Of a stretch of 64,000 bases of DNA, positions 1 through 9,736 are shown one piece after another. The stretch comes from an uncultured candidatus Porisulfidus sp. (GTDB taxonomy: Bacteria > Pseudomonadota > Gammaproteobacteria > Poriferisulfidales > Poriferisulfidaceae), in contig OZ220480.1 in NCBI GenBank assembly GCA_965116025.1, positions 1,120,001 to 1,184,000 of the forward strand, given 5' to 3'. Both the position numbers and the translations under genes were made by a program. Under the pieces are notes generated by a model, which was not told the DNA's origin, did not search any database, and saw only the letters and a list, made by a program, of their open reading frames with translations. Positions within the stretch are counted from its first letter, which is position 1. Every line of letters starts with the position of its first letter.

Positions 1-767
1 GATCGCGTCCACTTCTTGATGGAATTTATATCTTGGTTGGACTTCGTGAGGATCGATTCAACAAGGCTCGCTCGTTGGGTCATCCATGCTTGATCTTCGG
101 CGCATTCTTCCATAATGGCGCTACGGGCGATATGAATTAAACCTTTAGTCTTATTGCTGGGCGACCAGTGGCGTAGCTTTAGCGTTGTCCAGAACACTTT
201 TCGGCTGAAGCTGATAACCAGAGCTGAGCCGGGCCTGTCCCCGAGATGTTCTCTACGCTTTTTCCTTGCGGAGTGGAGAGCGGCCACTGAACGCCAGATT
301 AATTCCAAACGGCTTTGGCTAAGTTCGCGTGGACGCCTTCGCATGATGGTGTCGTAAAGAGTTTCCAACGTGGTTTGGCCTGTTTCATCATGGACTCTCG
401 TCGACCCGAAATCCAGACCGTCCGCCACAATCATGGCGAGGTGAATCGGGCCATCAAACCTTTTCGATAGATCGAGCACTAGCCGCCATAATGCATCAGG
501 CAAGGCATGGTGCCGTTCGGCCGAACACTCTTCGAGCCCTGCCGTATAGGCGAAGGCATCCGTCGCGTCGAGGAGAGGTTCCTGTGTTCGAGCGTCGCGC
601 GCCGAGGCAAGCGCTTGCCCGCCGAGCAGCCAAACGTCTTGATGGCGATACAGACAAGAGCGGAATCCGAGAGTGGTGGTTCGCGCTATGCCACCCGCGT
701 CAGTTTGTTGCCCAACCACGAGGTGATCAAGCCATCCATTCAGGTCGACGATGACGAAGCGGTCCAC
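1..767 (-). CDS. Partial CDS (runs off the left edge), divergent Hsp70/actin-like ATPase-fold protein (CnuD-like)
   Basis: Not in the ORF track. Hand translation from GTG at 767, immediately after the upstream TGA, is open to the window edge: MDRFVIVDLNGW...HLAMIVAD...LELIWRSVAAL...SALVISF. This echoes the order of Hsp70 motifs GIDLG / AVITVP / LINEPTAAAL / VLVFD. Confidence 0.55.
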   Translation of the reverse strand, partial: MDRFVIVDLNGWLDHLVVGQQTDAGGIARTTTLGFRSCLYRHQDVWLLGGQALASARDARTQEPLLDATDAFAYTAGLEECSAERHHALPDALWRLVLDLSKRFDGPIHLAMIVADGLDFGSTRVHDETGQTTLETLYDTIMRRRPRELSQSRLELIWRSVAALHSARKKRREHLGDRPGSALVISFSRKVFWTTLKLRHWSPSNKTKGLIHIARSAIMEECAEDQAWMTQRASLVESILTKSNQDINSIKKWTR

Positions 768-768
768 G

Positions 769-2250
769 TCAGGAAGCGATTTGGGCCGCCCATTCGCTAA
801 GCCTCGCGTCCCATTCGTGCTCTGGAATCCAAGGCAGTTCTCCGACTGCGACATCCGCATTCATGCGTTCCGAGGAATCAATCGCGTCCCACCATATTCC
901 TGCCCCGGGCTCCATTTCGGCTATTGCGCCCAAACGGTTCTGGTTCCCATTGGACTCATATCTGAGGAACTTGGTGGAGTCAGAACCGGATTCCCCAAAA
1001 GTGCATTGAATGCCTCCGCGCAAATAACGCCCCTTCGAAGGGGCGTCCTTCTCTCGTAGCATCGGACTATGGGCGAGTATGTCAAAGCCCTTTTCGCGAA
1101 GTTTCATGGCCGCGCGCAGTCCTAACAGCTCCATGAACGTCCGATGTTGCCACATCCATTCAAGCTCGGTGGCCGCGCTCCTCGCTCGCAAGTCTTGCCA
1201 AGCGCGCCAAATGTTCCGATATCGTGGATCGAATCGAAGAGGAAAATTGGGTTTGACCGGTGCTATTGCCTTAGGAACCTTCCGCGCTCTAAGCGTGGCC
1301 TCAATCTGCCGAGCACGGAGTTGATGCGCTTGGATGATGGTGAAGTTGGGTTCACCTTTTTGGCGACTGACAAGCCAATTCTCCGCCTCACGTATCGTCA
1401 ATGCGGCGAATGCCCGCAAAACCTGATTTTCCAGCGTTGAGATCGTTTCATACCGTTTTGGGGCCTTAATGCGTTGCCGCCCCCCGGCGCGTTCGGCAGC
1501 ACTTTTTCCTGGTTGGGCGGAGAGCCAGCGTAGCGTCTTCGCGTCGATGCGACGAGCGTCCTGCAACTTTAACATTCGGTGTTCCGTGCTCAGCACCGAT
1601 CTGGGGCGGGCACCGAGGTCGTCCAGCGTACCCTTCAGCCTTTTAGCCTGCGTTACCAACAGTTCCCCAAGAGGGTCAGCATCTCCGTATCTTTGATCGC
1701 TCCAGATCTCCTCCAGTCGCTCATACGCGACTCCTATCGATGGCTGAGCGGAGAAAGCGTCCGGCACCATATCGAGAACGCATGCGGCGCGCCTTAATAT
1801 CCTCAATCGTCCAGCATTCGCGTTGTCGCATTCGTTAGATGAGCGTTCCGGCCAATCGGATACGTCGATTTTGAGCACCGTTTTCGGGTCTGGGCATATG
1901 GTGATGATTAAGATTCGGTCTGCTCCAGCGCGCCACGGCGCGAGCCACGCTTCCAACTCATCGCAACTACGCTCGTCGCCTTCGCTGATGCATCCAGCTG
2001 ACAAAGTGCCTCGGATCTTCCCTGGCGCTTGGGGAAGGGTTTGGCGAAACCGCCCCTCCAAAACCGGAAACTCTTTCGGTAGCGCGCCAAGGGTCGCTAC
2101 GATGACTGGCGGGCCGGATAACCGAAAAGATGCTGTTTCGCCTAACTTAATCTCCTTAATGCCCTCATATTTTTCGCCCATGGCTTCACGACTGAATGCC
2201 CGAAAAGAAGGGTAGATCCATATGCCGCTATTTTTCTGATCTTTCCTCAT
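769..2250 (-). CDS. DUF2357 (McrC N-terminal-like) domain protein, CnuC-like
   Basis: Motifs TLENQVLRAF and PNFPLRFDPRYRNIW are typical of DUF2357. Lies directly after the McrB-like gene. Start placed at ATG 2250, overlapping the upstream stop. Confidence 0.7.
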   Translation of the reverse strand: MRKDQKNSGIWIYPSFRAFSREAMGEKYEGIKEIKLGETASFRLSGPPVIVATLGALPKEFPVLEGRFRQTLPQAPGKIRGTLSAGCISEGDERSCDELEAWLAPWRAGADRILIITICPDPKTVLKIDVSDWPERSSNECDNANAGRLRILRRAACVLDMVPDAFSAQPSIGVAYERLEEIWSDQRYGDADPLGELLVTQAKRLKGTLDDLGARPRSVLSTEHRMLKLQDARRIDAKTLRWLSAQPGKSAAERAGGRQRIKAPKRYETISTLENQVLRAFAALTIREAENWLVSRQKGEPNFTIIQAHQLRARQIEATLRARKVPKAIAPVKPNFPLRFDPRYRNIWRAWQDLRARSAATELEWMWQHRTFMELLGLRAAMKLREKGFDILAHSPMLREKDAPSKGRYLRGGIQCTFGESGSDSTKFLRYESNGNQNRLGAIAEMEPGAGIWWDAIDSSERMNADVAVGELPWIPEHEWDARLSEWAAQIAS

Positions 2251-4645
2251 AAGTGTAGCCTGGCCAATTGAATATCTGGGTCGTTTGGGAGCTTTTGAGT
2301 GCTTCCCTAAGCGTTTCCGCGAAAGATGAGTCGTCGAGGTCATCCTCCGTTAACGTTAAGAGACCCTCGATTTGTTCATTACAGTCATGCATTTCCGCGC
2401 CTGCCAGTTTTGGCAGAAGGCGCATGTTGATCTGATCGATCATTGGCTCCCGCCAATCTTTGCCGGGATATCGATCAATGTAAGCCTTGATGCTTTGGGC
2501 GATCCGGTAGCCAAATCCTCGTCCGGCATTCTGCATAAGATCAGCGAGTTGTTTCAGCGTCTCATCCACTTTATTGTCGCCCTTAGTTTTCGTGATATCA
2601 GACCAGCTGAGCCATCGCTCGTAAGGCAAATAACCTTCAGACGGGCGAAAGTCACGTTCCGGTGGCTTGCTATGCTTGCAAAGCGCGTCAGGCTTCGGTG
2701 GCGCGAAGCGGATAGAATTCGCTCGATCCAATACTTTGTCGGATAACGCTTGGGTGGTCTCATCTTCATTCAGCGTTCCCACCCACAAAACGTTGTGAGG
2801 AATATGCAGATGCTTTGGCTCTTCCTCCTCGGCGTAGGGCATATCGATCGCAATTCGTGAATCGTGATGGTTATCGCTTGAAGCATCGTCGTCCGAGATT
2901 TCGCGAGTTCCACGCATTTCTAACCGTGACAAAAACTCCGAAAAATAATATTCCGTTCGCGCCAAATTCATTTCATCCAACAGAATGATGAGCATCCGTT
3001 TGCGCCAGTCTCTATCGTTCTCGTTCTTGATCCCAATGTCTTCCATGAAATCCTTGTCGAAATGACCAAGAGCGCGGGCGCGGTCAGTTGGGCGGTAACG
3101 CTCCGCGACAAAGTCGTAGAAGCCTAAAAGGTCTTGCGGAGAGTCCCAGCCAGGCTCGACAGGAACATGCAGAAAGTGAATTCCGAAAAAGCGAGCATAA
3201 GCCCGTGGCAATTGGCTTTTTCCTGTGCCACTCAGGCCACTCAGTACGGTCAGTGGAGATAAGTCGTTCACTTTCAAGGCCGTGTGGAAAGCTCGAATGA
3301 TTCGCTTTGGATAGTACAGATTTTGCTTTTCTAGGCCCGACATGAATTCGCTGAGCATAGTGTCTTCCTTTTTCTCTTCGCTCGCTTCCTCGAATTGTTT
3401 CACAAGACAGTCTGGCGGAGACTTAAACATGCTGAGTTTGTCTTTCGGATCGGTTTTTCCGGGGACTTCCTTGACCGCGACATTGAGCGAATGATCCGGG
3501 AACTGAATTTCTGTCTTCTCGATGGTTCTTGTTACCGCTTCGATTGCCTCATGCTTCTGTTTCGTCTCGGCAAGACTTTTCTTCGCGCCACCAAGATCCT
3601 GTTTCGTTTTATCAAGGCTATGCTGAAGTCGATTTCGCTCCTCCTCCAATTCTTGAATCTCGCGGTAAAGCTGGTCCCGCCAAGACTTCTTTCCTTTCAC
3701 ATCTGTTTCCAGTTCATCGAATTCTTTCTTGCGCTTCTCGAGATATTCTTTCCAATCCGCTTCGGGCGCGGCGATTTCTGGCGGATACTTGCTACCCAAG
3801 ATGGATTGGATTTCATCCAGCCTGCGCGCGGCCTCTGCTCGCCTGACTTCTAATTCGGTGATTTTCTTCAACTCTTCCTTCTCGAACAGCTTCTTTTGGT
3901 CTTCCAGCCGTTCCATAGCGGTTTTCATCTCATCATGCTCTTGCTTGCGCCGCTCGAGATATCCCTTCCAATCTGCTTCGGGCGCAGCGATTTCTGGTGG
4001 ATATTTTCCCAAGGCTGATCGGATATCATCCAGCCTGTGCGCGGCTTCCGCGCGCTTGAGCTCTAACCCGTTGATTCGCTCAGACCACTCTTTCCCTATC
4101 TGTTCTCTTCGGGCCTTTAACTGCTCCATAGCAGTTCTCAACTCATCGTGTTCTTTCTTGCGTTTCTCGAGATATTCTTTCCAATCCTCTTTGGCCTCAA
4201 TAATTTCTGATGGGTACTGATCCAATGCGGATTGAATATCATCCAGTCTGCGGGCGGCCTCTTCGCGTTTAATTCCCAAATCGTCGATTCGCCTCGATTC
4301 TTCCCGCTCGAATTCTTCCAACTCTCTTTTCATTCGCTCTAGGTTCTGGTGGTCCTGTCTCACCGTTTCCCATCGTTCTATGGCTTCTCGGGCCCTGAGT
4401 TCTTTCTTCTGCAGGGTATCCAGATGTTCCATTTTTCCTTGCTCTTCCTCTTGGATAGATTTGCGCAGGCTTTCTAATCGAATGTGTTTTTCCTCAAGGA
4501 GTTTTTCCAACTCGTCGATTGATCTCTCTTTCGTCGTTATGCGTCGCCAGTAATCTGATCGGCCTATAACAAAAATAGCTGTCAGCACGGCTATGAGTGC
4601 CAGAATAAGCATAAGGAATAAACCGAAGAGCTCGTTATTAATCAT
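2228..4645 (-). CDS. McrB-family AAA+ GTPase with N-terminal TM helix and long coiled coil (CnuB-like)
   Basis: Walker A GLSGTGKS, Walker B ILLDEMN, VEPGWDSPQDLLG and signature GTLNEDETT (NxD form). Hydrophobic residues 5-27, then about 350 aa of E/K/R-rich coiled coil. Confidence 0.85.
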   Translation of the reverse strand: MINNELFGLFLMLILALIAVLTAIFVIGRSDYWRRITTKERSIDELEKLLEEKHIRLESLRKSIQEEEQGKMEHLDTLQKKELRAREAIERWETVRQDHQNLERMKRELEEFEREESRRIDDLGIKREEAARRLDDIQSALDQYPSEIIEAKEDWKEYLEKRKKEHDELRTAMEQLKARREQIGKEWSERINGLELKRAEAAHRLDDIRSALGKYPPEIAAPEADWKGYLERRKQEHDEMKTAMERLEDQKKLFEKEELKKITELEVRRAEAARRLDEIQSILGSKYPPEIAAPEADWKEYLEKRKKEFDELETDVKGKKSWRDQLYREIQELEEERNRLQHSLDKTKQDLGGAKKSLAETKQKHEAIEAVTRTIEKTEIQFPDHSLNVAVKEVPGKTDPKDKLSMFKSPPDCLVKQFEEASEEKKEDTMLSEFMSGLEKQNLYYPKRIIRAFHTALKVNDLSPLTVLSGLSGTGKSQLPRAYARFFGIHFLHVPVEPGWDSPQDLLGFYDFVAERYRPTDRARALGHFDKDFMEDIGIKNENDRDWRKRMLIILLDEMNLARTEYYFSEFLSRLEMRGTREISDDDASSDNHHDSRIAIDMPYAEEEEPKHLHIPHNVLWVGTLNEDETTQALSDKVLDRANSIRFAPPKPDALCKHSKPPERDFRPSEGYLPYERWLSWSDITKTKGDNKVDETLKQLADLMQNAGRGFGYRIAQSIKAYIDRYPGKDWREPMIDQINMRLLPKLAGAEMHDCNEQIEGLLTLTEDDLDDSSFAETLREALKSSQTTQIFNWPGYTYEERSEK
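3715..4270 (-). repeat. Three tandem ~71-aa (213-nt) repeats inside the McrB-like coiled coil
   Basis: RxEAAxRLDxIxSxL..YPxEI....DWKxYLExRKxExDE occurs three times and is also visible at DNA level near 3729, 3945 and 4158. Confidence 0.9.
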
Positions 4646-4710
4646 GGAATTGGCATAGTGCCTTCAGCACAAAAGTTCCGTGTGAATCAGGAGTAGGGAT
4701 ATCACGTTGA

Positions 4711-5553
4711 TCAGCTATTCTTATTTGGTCCATAAAGGGAATCAAGGGTTTCAATCAATCGTCGAATTTTCTCGCGAGCTCTTTTCTCGTCATTTGCCAA
4801 CATCTGCAGTTGATCAGACTCTATCTCGATTTTATTTTTCAATTTCCGCAATTGGTCGGACGCGGTTACCACGTCATTGATCAAGCTGTTCAGCTCGGTT
4901 CGTTTAGCGCGCAACCGACTATTGACGTCATCCAACTCAGATTCGACTTGTGCTAAATCATTTTTGGTAGCTGTGGTATCCTCTTTCACCTGAGCCAATT
5001 CGCGTTTCTTCGTGTTGATCAGACCGTGTATCTCATTCAGTTTCGTTCGGGAATCGTCCGCGCGATTCGAATAATTCTCTATCGCATTTCGGTATTCTGT
5101 GGTTTCCGCGTTTAGTTGGTCAACTTTGGTTTTCAGTGCCGACTTATCGGACATCAACTGGTCAACCTCTTTAACCAGCCGGTCCTTCTCTGCCCGAGTT
5201 CTCGATTCTTCAGCTTGCAAGCCTGGGAGCTTCTTGGCGAGACGGTCTGCTGCTTTCTCTTCCACACGGAGAGAGGATAGGTTTGATTGGATTTGTGCCA
5301 TCTCGCCGGTAAGCTGATCTCTCTCTGCTCTGAGCTCGGTCAGGTCGTTGGTAAGCTGGTCCCTCTCCGCTCTGAGCTCAATCAGGTTTTCGGCAATACG
5401 CTTGGCTTCTTTGCGGTCTTTAGGCAGAGTCACAACTTCCGCAGCGACTCCGACCCCGGCGATAATAAGCAATATCGCGGTCAGCAACAATAACGCCGTG
5501 CCAAACGTACGCAGACGGTCCGACTTGAGCGCATTAGATTTCGATTGGGTCAT
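4711..5553 (-). CDS. Membrane-anchored coiled-coil protein (CnuA-like)
   Basis: N-terminal TM segment (FGTALLLLTAILLIIAGVGVAA) followed by a heptad-rich region including a 14-aa duplication ELRAERDQLT. Confidence 0.75.
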   Translation of the reverse strand: MTQSKSNALKSDRLRTFGTALLLLTAILLIIAGVGVAAEVVTLPKDRKEAKRIAENLIELRAERDQLTNDLTELRAERDQLTGEMAQIQSNLSSLRVEEKAADRLAKKLPGLQAEESRTRAEKDRLVKEVDQLMSDKSALKTKVDQLNAETTEYRNAIENYSNRADDSRTKLNEIHGLINTKKRELAQVKEDTTATKNDLAQVESELDDVNSRLRAKRTELNSLINDVVTASDQLRKLKNKIEIESDQLQMLANDEKRAREKIRRLIETLDSLYGPNKNS

Positions 5554-6469
5554 CCTTCATCTCCCATGCTGAGGTTTTTCTTGTCCGTGGTTCTGGGGAA
5601 GCCATATCCGCAAGGACGCGCGTGAGACACGCATCTTGGTCTCTCTTGATTTCATCCGCCCAAAAGCGAACGGGGCGCCAGCCCAAGCGCCGGAGCGCCC
5701 GGTCTCTTTTTTCGTCCTGAGGCCGAAGATGCCCCGGTAATTCCTCATGCCAAAACCGCCCGTCGACTTCGACATCCAGCCTCACGGGGAGCCCGCCCGA
5801 CGTTCCAAGCACGGCGAAATCCAGATAGTAGCCCGCGACTGGCATTTGGGGAATCGGGTTGATCCCCGCGTCTTTCAGGCATTCGCCAAAATCTCGTTCT
5901 ATACGGGAAGTATGCGGTGCGGGCCCCAGCATGGGATCCCGCGAGAGTCTCCACCGTCTGCGAGCTTCCGCGAGAAACTTGTCGCCGTCGCCATGCCGCG
6001 TTCCGAACGCCGCGACGATGTGCACCGTTATCCCACGTTGCCGGGCCCCATGAATCATGCGAGCGAACGCGGGGCATTCGCCAGGCGCTTGGCTCCAGTC
6101 TCGTAGCGCGAATAGCAAATCCGACCGTTCCAGGCCGGCGTTGATACGGGTTGCCGTTTCTTCCGCGCGTCGCTCGTCGGTCATGGCTATGGATATGTCT
6201 CCCGCCTCGCGTCGCGCTACCGCGCGTTCCATTGATGCCGTATCGTTTGTCGATCCGGGCTCAGTGAATGTCCAATGCACTCCCGCCGTCCTGTTCTTCA
6301 GCAATTGCCATCGATTAAACGAGTTGACGACAAGTTCGCCACGAAGCATGGCTTTTCGGATGCGGTTCAGTCGCTCTGCCGGAGCGGCTCGAGATTGAGC
6401 AGGGCGATAGGTTCGCAATCTGCCGCCCAATGGCCGTCGCAAGTAGTGGTTTCCCGATATCCGATCCAC
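5534..6469 (-). CDS. DUF559/Vsr-like PD-(D/E)xK endonuclease domain protein
   Basis: C-terminal SRIE...PQMPVAGYYLDFAV...LDVEVDGRFWH...DEKRDRALRRLGWRPVRFW. Overlaps the next gene. Start uncertain. Confidence 0.8.
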   Translation of the reverse strand: MDRISGNHYLRRPLGGRLRTYRPAQSRAAPAERLNRIRKAMLRGELVVNSFNRWQLLKNRTAGVHWTFTEPGSTNDTASMERAVARREAGDISIAMTDERRAEETATRINAGLERSDLLFALRDWSQAPGECPAFARMIHGARQRGITVHIVAAFGTRHGDGDKFLAEARRRWRLSRDPMLGPAPHTSRIERDFGECLKDAGINPIPQMPVAGYYLDFAVLGTSGGLPVRLDVEVDGRFWHEELPGHLRPQDEKRDRALRRLGWRPVRFWADEIKRDQDACLTRVLADMASPEPRTRKTSAWEMKDDPIEI

Positions 6470-6539
6470 GTTTTCGCTCGCGCCGTTTCAATTCACAAGG
6501 GCGAGAGATTGTAAATCATCGGGTGAACGGCATTCGATT

Positions 6540-7838
6540 CTACTGATTCGTCACGAGCAACGTCTGGTTTCGCCCGCGAACGGCCGCGAGACGCTTCTCA
6601 ATCCGCTCGCGAATATCTTCTTGGACCTCCAGTTCTCGCGCGACCGTTGGCCATTGAGCCACCGCGTCCACGATCCGGTCGACTACGTCTTTCGCCTCTC
6701 TCCAGTTCTTGAAACCCGCGAGCCGGGCGAGCTGGCGCGCCGCTTCCAAAGGTGGGTTCTTTCCATGCCCCAAAAAAGCGGTCGCGTGCTCGCCATGGGG
6801 GTGCGGACTGAAAGTCGCGTCGTAGAACGGAGCGGGATTCCATTTTCCGTCGTCGTCCATGAGGAAGGACCAGTTCTTGCTATGGTCGTCTTGGTTGCAG
6901 GCGAACAGGTTGAACATGGCTCGCGCGAACTGGGCGCGCCCAGCGGCCGGACTTCGGCAAAGGGATAGGCTGGCCTTGATGACGGTCTCATAGTCGAGGG
7001 AGGGCTGTCTGAAGTCAGCGTCGAGAAGGCCGCATAGGGTTTGCATGTGGAGGCGACCGGTCTCGGGGCGAGTGGGATGGCAGTCGAAGCGGCGCAAGGC
7101 CAGCCAGGCGGGAGCCGGAAGATCCGCCGGGGGATCGATCAGGCGCCATTCGGGCGTTTGGATGCCGCAGTTTTCCGCGAGAGTCAGGTACGCGGCCTCG
7201 CATAGTCCTTCTTGGTGCCCCAGCGGCAGGTGTTGCGAAGTGAACTTCACGATCCATGGTTCCAGACCGGGCCGGGATTTCGTGGAAGCGTGAAGGGTTT
7301 CCTCTGGAGATAGATAGATTTGGGCTTTCGGCCGAGAACCGCCGGGACTGCCGCCATGGCGGGCGAGCGCATCTGTGACCGTCGCGGTCGATCCCTCGAA
7401 GAACTCCACGGCGCTCCTGCCGAGGTCCGCGACATCAATCGAGTCGTCCGGCGCGTCTGGCGAGATTTCCGAGACCGGATCGTACGCGAGGGCTCCAAGA
7501 CCATGCTCGCCGACGTACGCCAGTCGGTCCAGAGCCGAAACCTGATCTTGAGCCAATCCGTGGCGCGCGAAGACTCGATTCATCAACGACAAGCCCCAGC
7601 TATCCGGAAGCGAATCGGCGAACGCGCCGTGCAGTCCGCCGTGAGGGCTCGCGGGGGCCTGTCGCAACTCGGCGTTGAAGGGGAGGGTGAAAGGGGATAG
7701 GCTGGAGAAGCGATCGACGTAGTCCGGGCCATATTGAAAGAACGTCGCGTCGCGGTTCCGCGCGAGCTCGCCAACCTGAACTCTCCGACCGTCGCTCAGT
7801 CGGCTAAAGACCCGAAGTTTCTTGATGGGCCGGAACAT
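6540..7838 (-). CDS. hipA: HipA family toxin (Ser/Thr kinase)
   Basis: DSLPDSWG, GGSPGGSRPKA, NQDDHSKNWSF, PAPFYD. ATG at 7838 overlaps the upstream TGA. Confidence 0.9.
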   Translation of the reverse strand: MFRPIKKLRVFSRLSDGRRVQVGELARNRDATFFQYGPDYVDRFSSLSPFTLPFNAELRQAPASPHGGLHGAFADSLPDSWGLSLMNRVFARHGLAQDQVSALDRLAYVGEHGLGALAYDPVSEISPDAPDDSIDVADLGRSAVEFFEGSTATVTDALARHGGSPGGSRPKAQIYLSPEETLHASTKSRPGLEPWIVKFTSQHLPLGHQEGLCEAAYLTLAENCGIQTPEWRLIDPPADLPAPAWLALRRFDCHPTRPETGRLHMQTLCGLLDADFRQPSLDYETVIKASLSLCRSPAAGRAQFARAMFNLFACNQDDHSKNWSFLMDDDGKWNPAPFYDATFSPHPHGEHATAFLGHGKNPPLEAARQLARLAGFKNWREAKDVVDRIVDAVAQWPTVARELEVQEDIRERIEKRLAAVRGRNQTLLVTNQ

Positions 7839-8125
7839 CAGGATTCGACCACCTCGGAGATTTTTCGGGGTGCCGGCTTCGGAGGGTCCGCCAGGATGGC
7901 CAGAGCGTCCAGTCGGTCCACGCACTGCCAAAGCAGGAGGAACTGGCGTAGCGAAATCTCCCCGGTGGTTTCGAACCGCTTGATGGTGGGCGCGGGCACC
8001 GCGCTACGCTCGGCCAGAGCCTCGCGGGAGAGTTTCCTCCTCTTGCGTCGCGTTCGCGTGGCGCGGGCCAGTTTTTGCTGGACCTCGAAAGGGCTATGCA
8101 GGGAAATCAACGTCATGGAATCCAC
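7838..8125 (-). CDS. XRE-family HTH antitoxin (HipB-like)
   Basis: RKRRKLSREALAERSAVPAPTIKRFETTGEISL HTH; translationally coupled to hipA. Confidence 0.85.
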   Translation of the reverse strand: MDSMTLISLHSPFEVQQKLARATRTRRKRRKLSREALAERSAVPAPTIKRFETTGEISLRQFLLLWQCVDRLDALAILADPPKPAPRKISEVVES

Positions 8126-8130
8126 CTAAA

Positions 8131-8148
8131 TAGATATTATTATATCTA
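8131..8148. promoter_or_regulatory. Palindromic operator candidate for hipBA autoregulation
   Basis: TAGATAT-TATT-ATATCTA, a perfect 7-4-7 inverted repeat in an AT-rich stretch just upstream of the antitoxin. Confidence 0.6.
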
Positions 8149-8304
8149 AAAGTATTATATTTTTCTTATTGTAGATACCATAATACCCATAAAAATTCTA
8201 GAGCATTGAATTGTGAAGGCGGACAAAAAACTGCCCGTCTCGACCCGTGAAGAGCTCGCGGTGGCGTTTCCTGGAGTTGGCTCCGCTCTCGGCGAGCTCG
8301 CGGA

Positions 8305-8751
8305 CTACCGATCGTCGGAGTCTTTGGAGTCGCGCTCGACCTCTCCCTCAATGACGCGCCCGCGCGCTTTCGGATTGGAGCGTTTCTTCTGGGATCGCGG
8401 ACTGACCGCGCGCATCAGCCAGAGCAGAAGCGCATGCAGTTTTGGCAGGATCAGCAGGGCCGCGGCGATGCCGTCGGTTATGAATCCCGGGAGAATCAGG
8501 AGGATTCCGCTGATCGTGACGCGGGCGCTCGTGAGCAGGGCGAACCTCAGATTGACGGGAGCGCCTCCGGTCGCCTGTCGCAAGATCTCGCGCGTTTGTT
8601 CACGGTTGGCCTGGATCAACGCGATGCCGAGGAGCGCGGTCGCCACCTCGATCCAGAACACGCCCCAGCCCAAGCCGTTCTCGATGGCGATCATCACCAT
8701 CAGGAACAACTCCAGAAAAAAGAACAGGACGAAGAAGGCGAAAATTGGCAT
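8305..8751 (-). CDS. fxsA: FxsA family membrane protein
   Basis: GILLILPGFITD motif and C-terminal GRVIEGE. Confidence 0.85.
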   Translation of the reverse strand: MPIFAFFVLFFFLELFLMVMIAIENGLGWGVFWIEVATALLGIALIQANREQTREILRQATGGAPVNLRFALLTSARVTISGILLILPGFITDGIAAALLILPKLHALLLWLMRAVSPRSQKKRSNPKARGRVIEGEVERDSKDSDDR

Positions 8752-8755
8752 GAGT

Positions 8756-9736
8756 CTAGGGAATGTGACGCTCGATCAGGCTCGCTAGGGCGCGTATGTG
8801 ATTGGGGCTATCGTTGAGAGCGGGAATATACCGAAACGTTCGTCCGCCCGCCTCAAGGAACACGTCCCGATTTTCTTGGGCGATCTCCTCCAGGGTCTCC
8901 AGACAGTCGGCGGAGAAGCCCGGGCAGAACACGTCGACCGAGCGCGCGCCGCCCGCGGCCAGTTCGCGCAACGTCTCGTCGGTGTAGGGATTCAGCCATT
9001 CTTTGGGGCCGAAGCGAGACTGGAAGGTCATGCGCCATTGGCTCTCCAGCAGGCCCAGCGCCTGAGAGATTCTATAGGCGGTATTGTGGCATTGCCGGGC
9101 ATAGGGGTCTCCCCGCTTGATCGATTCCTTCGGCAGTCCATGGAATGAGAGAACCAGCAACTCGCTGGGGCCGTTCCGCTCCCGGAAGTCTCGAATTTGG
9201 GAGACGCAGGAGCTCAGGTAGGCCGGATCGTCCGCGTAGTGGTCGATGAACCGGATTTCTGGAGCGTCGCCTTTCTGACTGAGCGCGTTGTCCAGAGCGT
9301 CGCGCGTGGAAACCGTCGTGGCGTTGGAGAATTGCGGATAGAGGGGCAGGACGATCAGGACGCGAGCTCCTTCCAGCTCCTTGATCGCCCGTGCGATGGA
9401 TGGCTGGCCGTAGCGCATTCCCAGCGCGACTCTCGTTGAGTGTCCGCGCCGACCGAGCTCCTCCCGTAACGCGTCGCGCTGGCGTTCGCTGTAGACGAGC
9501 AGAGGCGAGCCTTCCTCCATCCAGACTTTCTGGTACAGGCGGGCGCTACGCTGGGGACGGACGCGCAGAACGATGCCGTGCAGGATCGGTTGCCAGAGTA
9601 ACGGAGAAAGAGGAATCACGCGGCGGTCCGACAGGAATTCCGCGAGATAGCGGCGAACCGCTGGCGGGGTCGGCTCGTCAGGGGTCCCGAGGTTGGAAAT
9701 CAGGACCCCGACGCGGGACCCCGGCTCTTCCGTCAC
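8756..9736 (-). CDS. hemH: Ferrochelatase
   Basis: NLGTP, PLYPQFS, SFHGLP, FQSRFG, DCLETLEEI. GTG start at 9736 overlaps the HNH gene stop. Confidence 0.95.
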   Translation of the reverse strand: MTEEPGSRVGVLISNLGTPDEPTPPAVRRYLAEFLSDRRVIPLSPLLWQPILHGIVLRVRPQRSARLYQKVWMEEGSPLLVYSERQRDALREELGRRGHSTRVALGMRYGQPSIARAIKELEGARVLIVLPLYPQFSNATTVSTRDALDNALSQKGDAPEIRFIDHYADDPAYLSSCVSQIRDFRERNGPSELLVLSFHGLPKESIKRGDPYARQCHNTAYRISQALGLLESQWRMTFQSRFGPKEWLNPYTDETLRELAAGGARSVDVFCPGFSADCLETLEEIAQENRDVFLEAGGRTFRYIPALNDSPNHIRALASLIERHIP

